Assembly (NCBI GenBank): GCA_045656885.1
Contig: JAZORZ010000046.1
Location: 25-64,024, forward strand
DNA: 64,000 nt
Reading direction: 5' to 3'
Origin: Eubacteriales bacterium
GTDB taxonomy: Bacteria > Bacillota > Clostridia > Oscillospirales > CAG-272
The translations under genes and the position numbers were made by a program. Below, piece after piece: positions 61,421 through 64,000 of this stretch; positions within the stretch are counted from its first letter, which is position 1, and each line of letters opens with the position of its first letter. The notes below the pieces were generated by a model, which made no database searches, was not told where the DNA came from, and saw only the letters and a program-made list of their open reading frames with translations.

Positions 61421-62347
61421 TTAGCCCTCAATTCTTGCAATCATTTGCTCACCGATTGCAGCTACGTGGCGCAAGGACTCGAAAACGAGCTCATCGGGGA
61501 AGCGGTTGTAGTAGTAGCCGCCAATTTCAAAGTTGAGCGTGCCCTCGTAATTGATGTCACGCAAAGCATCTGCAATGCCGTTCCAATCCATCGGCTTTTC
61601 AAAATCGTAGGGGGCGGAGTGGTTGTCGCGTTTGCCGTCAACCTCGTGTGCGTGAATCAATTTTACTTGACTGCCAAGCTTGCGAATCGCACCTGCGGGG
61701 GTGTCGCCCGTATCGTTGCCCGTCAAAACAAAGTGACCGAGGTCGGGGCAAGCACAGAAGCAGTCGGCATCTACAAGCTCGATGTATTCGAGAATCTCCT
61801 CGGGGCGCGAGCAAACGCAGGGGCGAATAATGCCTTCCTTGTCCATGCCCCACATGTTCTCCATGCCAACCTTTACGTTGTACTTTTTGAGGTAGGGAAC
61901 AAGCTCAGCGAAGAATGCTCTGTTGAGCTCGCGGCATTCCTCAAGCTGCTCGTCAAAGAGTCTGCCAAGAATGTTCAAGGGGTGAATCACGATATAGGGA
62001 GCGCCGAGAACGCTCGTTGCAATGATGGCGTTAACGGTGGCTTTGATCATCTCTGCGCGCAATTCCCCTGTATAAACGCCAACAGGACCGAATGCGGCAT
62101 GGGTTTGACCGATCACAACTCCTGCCTCATCGGCATATTTGCGAATTTGGGAGTAGTAGGCAACAACCTCTTCCTCACTTCTCTTGGAGTTGGGGCGCGC
62201 GTCCATTTGAGCGCGATTGCCAATCCAGTCGTCAATATTGTAGTCTGCGGCGCGAATACCCGCGTCACGCAGCATTTCAAACATTTTTTTAGTACCAAAA
62301 CGTGCCTCAAGAGACCAAGTACTTACACTGATTAACATAATTTGCAT
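61421..62347 (-). CDS. Sugar phosphate isomerase/epimerase (xylose-isomerase-like TIM barrel)
   Basis: 308 aa with typical AP_endonuc_2-like segments (..IVIHP.., ..VKVGMENM.., ..CPDLGHF.., ..IHAHEVDG..). Confidence 0.75.
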   Translation of the reverse strand: MQIMLISVSTWSLEARFGTKKMFEMLRDAGIRAADYNIDDWIGNRAQMDARPNSKRSEEEVVAYYSQIRKYADEAGVVIGQTHAAFGPVGVYTGELRAEMIKATVNAIIATSVLGAPYIVIHPLNILGRLFDEQLEECRELNRAFFAELVPYLKKYNVKVGMENMWGMDKEGIIRPCVCSRPEEILEYIELVDADCFCACPDLGHFVLTGNDTGDTPAGAIRKLGSQVKLIHAHEVDGKRDNHSAPYDFEKPMDWNGIADALRDINYEGTLNFEIGGYYYNRFPDELVFESLRHVAAIGEQMIARIEG

Positions 62348-62439
62348 CCTCCTGTGCTTTTTTGTTCATTATAACACTTTTCGGGGGGAGTGTCAATAGA
62401 GTAAAGATATAAATAAAATAAAAAACTTTTCAAACACAG

Positions 62440-62468
62440 TTGACAAACGCCCAAAAATATGATATACT
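62440..62468 (+). promoter_or_regulatory. Sigma-A type promoter of the ileS leader
   Basis: TTGACA, 17 nt spacer, TATACT. Confidence 0.6.
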
Positions 62469-62474
62469 ACACAG

Positions 62475-62736
62475 GAATGACGGTGAGAAAGAGCTCCGTA
62501 GCAAAAAGTCTTGCAGAGAGTGCGCGGTTGGTGCGAGCGCATAGGGAGTATGCTACAGGGGATCACTTTTGAGTCGGTGCGGCGAAGGGGAGAACCTCTC
62601 TGTGTAGCTGCATCCGTCTGCCCGCGTTAAGGGCTTGGGGATAACGTTTGTGTCCCAAGAGGTGCGCCTATGGCGAAGGTGAGTGGTACCGCGGAGCTTT
62701 CCGTCTCACAGCAGGTTGCTGTGGGGCGTTTTTTGT
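62475..62736 (+). promoter_or_regulatory. T-box riboswitch leader (Ile specifier AUC) with terminator
   Basis: AGAGAGTGCGCGGTTGGTGCGAG. Candidate specifier GGGG-ATC-A at 62572-62574. T-box sequence AAGGTGAGTGGTACCGCGG at about 62686-62704. Terminator CGTCTCACAGC-aggtt-GCTGTGGGGCG plus TTTTTTG. Confidence 0.85.
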
Positions 62737-62785
62737 TTTCCATGGCAAAGTCAAACAGTAAAACAATCCGTAAGGATAGAAAATA

Positions 62786-64000
62786 ATGGAGTTTAAGAAA
62801 ATGGCAAAGGATTACACAAGCACATTAAACCTGCCCACAACCGAATTTCCCATGCGTGCGGGACTGCCGCAACGCGAGCCCGAAACGGTAAAGTATTGGG
62901 CAGATATTGACCTGTATAACAAAATGCAGGAAAACGCAAAGGATAAGCCGCTCTATATTCTGCACGACGGCCCTCCTTTCTCCAACGGCAATATCCACAT
63001 GGGTCACGCGCTCAACAAGATCCTCAAGGACTTTATCAACAAGTCCCACGCAATGTCGGGCTATCGCGTACCCTTTACCCCCGGTTGGGATAACCACGGC
63101 ATGCCCATCGAGTCTGCTATCATCAAGCAGAACAAGCTCAACCGCAAGAGCATGTCCATTCCAGAGTTCCGCAACGCTTGCCACAAGTTCGCACAGGATT
63201 TTGTTGACAAGCAAATGGAGCAGTTCATTCGTCTTGGTATCGTTGCCGATTGGGAACGCCCCTATCTGACCATGAACAAATCCTTCGAGGCACGCGAAAT
63301 CCGCGTTTTCGGAGAAATGTATAAAAAGGGCTACATCTACAAGGGACTCAAGCCCGTTTATTGGTGCCCCAACGATGAGACCGCACTGGCAGAGGCAGAG
63401 ATCGAGTATCAAACCGACCCCTGCACCTCTATCTATGTCAAGTTCCAAGTAAAGGATGATCAAGGCAAATTGGCAGGTCTTTGCGACCTTTCCAAGACCT
63501 ATTTCGTCATTTGGACAACCACCACTTGGACGCTGCCCGGTAACCAAGCAATCGCGCTCAACCCCGAGGAAAGCTACGTGATCGTCAAAGCCGACAACGG
63601 CGAGTGCTACATCGTAGCAGAAGCGCTTTGCGGCAAGACCATGCTTGAGGGTGGCTTTGAAAGCTACGAGGTTCTCGACCGCCGTGCAGGTAAGGAATTC
63701 GAATATATGACCGCACAACATCCTTTCCTTGACCGTGACAGCCTTGTAGTAGTTGCTGATTACGTTACAATGGAAAGCGGTACCGGTTGCGTACACACCG
63801 CAGGCGGATTTGGTGCAGACGATAACATCACCTGCCGTCGCTACGGTCTGCCGCCTCTCGTTCCCGTAGATGACAGAGGTTACCAAACCGAAGAAGCAGG
63901 CAAGTTTGCAGGCCTGCGCTATGACAAATCCAACGAGGCAATTCTTGCCGATATGAAAGAGACCGGCGCACTCTTTGCGTCCGCCGAGATCGAACACGAG
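62786..64000 (+). CDS. ileS: Isoleucine--tRNA ligase, N-terminal part (3' end lies outside the window)
   Basis: MEFKKMAKDYTSTLNLPTTEFPMRAGLPQREPE...PPFSNGNIHMGHALNK (HIGH motif). Open to the window edge. The alternative start at 62801 (MAKDY) is equally plausible. It is absent from the ORF track because no stop codon falls in the window. Confidence 0.93.
   Translation, partial: MEFKKMAKDYTSTLNLPTTEFPMRAGLPQREPETVKYWADIDLYNKMQENAKDKPLYILHDGPPFSNGNIHMGHALNKILKDFINKSHAMSGYRVPFTPGWDNHGMPIESAIIKQNKLNRKSMSIPEFRNACHKFAQDFVDKQMEQFIRLGIVADWERPYLTMNKSFEAREIRVFGEMYKKGYIYKGLKPVYWCPNDETALAEAEIEYQTDPCTSIYVKFQVKDDQGKLAGLCDLSKTYFVIWTTTTWTLPGNQAIALNPEESYVIVKADNGECYIVAEALCGKTMLEGGFESYEVLDRRAGKEFEYMTAQHPFLDRDSLVVVADYVTMESGTGCVHTAGGFGADDNITCRRYGLPPLVPVDDRGYQTEEAGKFAGLRYDKSNEAILADMKETGALFASAEIEHE

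Overview
The window looks like chromosomal DNA from a spore-forming Firmicute, probably a Clostridia/Oscillospiraceae-like organism. Evidence for this is T-box leaders on valS and ileS, sigG, an alpha/beta-type SASP, gatCAB, and strong GGAGG ribosome-binding sites. I saw no rRNA, tRNA, CRISPR array, transposase or integrase.

The housekeeping backbone is:
- rimM'-trmD, ptsH, uvrC, rsmD-coaD, valS, gatCAB and recA-recX on the plus strand
- ppa, obg, der, prfB, sdaA and rlmH on the minus strand
- murA, sigG and ileS' on the plus strand

Accessory or unusual segments interrupt this backbone:
1. A compact 7-gene phage head/packaging module at 34.1-41.1 kb (terS, terL, a 578-aa beta-propeller-like protein, portal, scaffold, major capsid protein, and a 132-aa protein). 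It has no tail, lysis, replication or integrase genes in the window. It sits between the recX terminator and an AT-rich XRE/helical-repeat regulator. Its leader contains a terminator hairpin and four TGCCA motifs phased at exactly 10 bp. The portal ORF has no ATG/GTG/TTG start.
2. A structured intergenic repeat family of about 175 bp, present six times. Two loci carry inverted pairs that form about 430-bp fold-back elements. Hairpin stems show compensatory changes between copies. A second family of short GTAGGGG-flanked GC hairpins accompanies it.
3. A surface-protein island: a 1261-aa modular lipoprotein cassette bracketed by about 130-bp direct repeats, two duplicated zinc-ribbon membrane protein modules, and three tandem lipoprotein paralogs with intact EEP (endonuclease/exonuclease/phosphatase) domains.
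4. A gatCAB operon whose GatA is truncated and appears to lack all three amidase-signature catalytic residues.
5. A stand-alone GuaA ATP-pyrophosphatase module with no glutamine amidotransferase domain.

Function calls rest on my own reading of the translated ORFs and on motifs recalled from memory. No database search was run.
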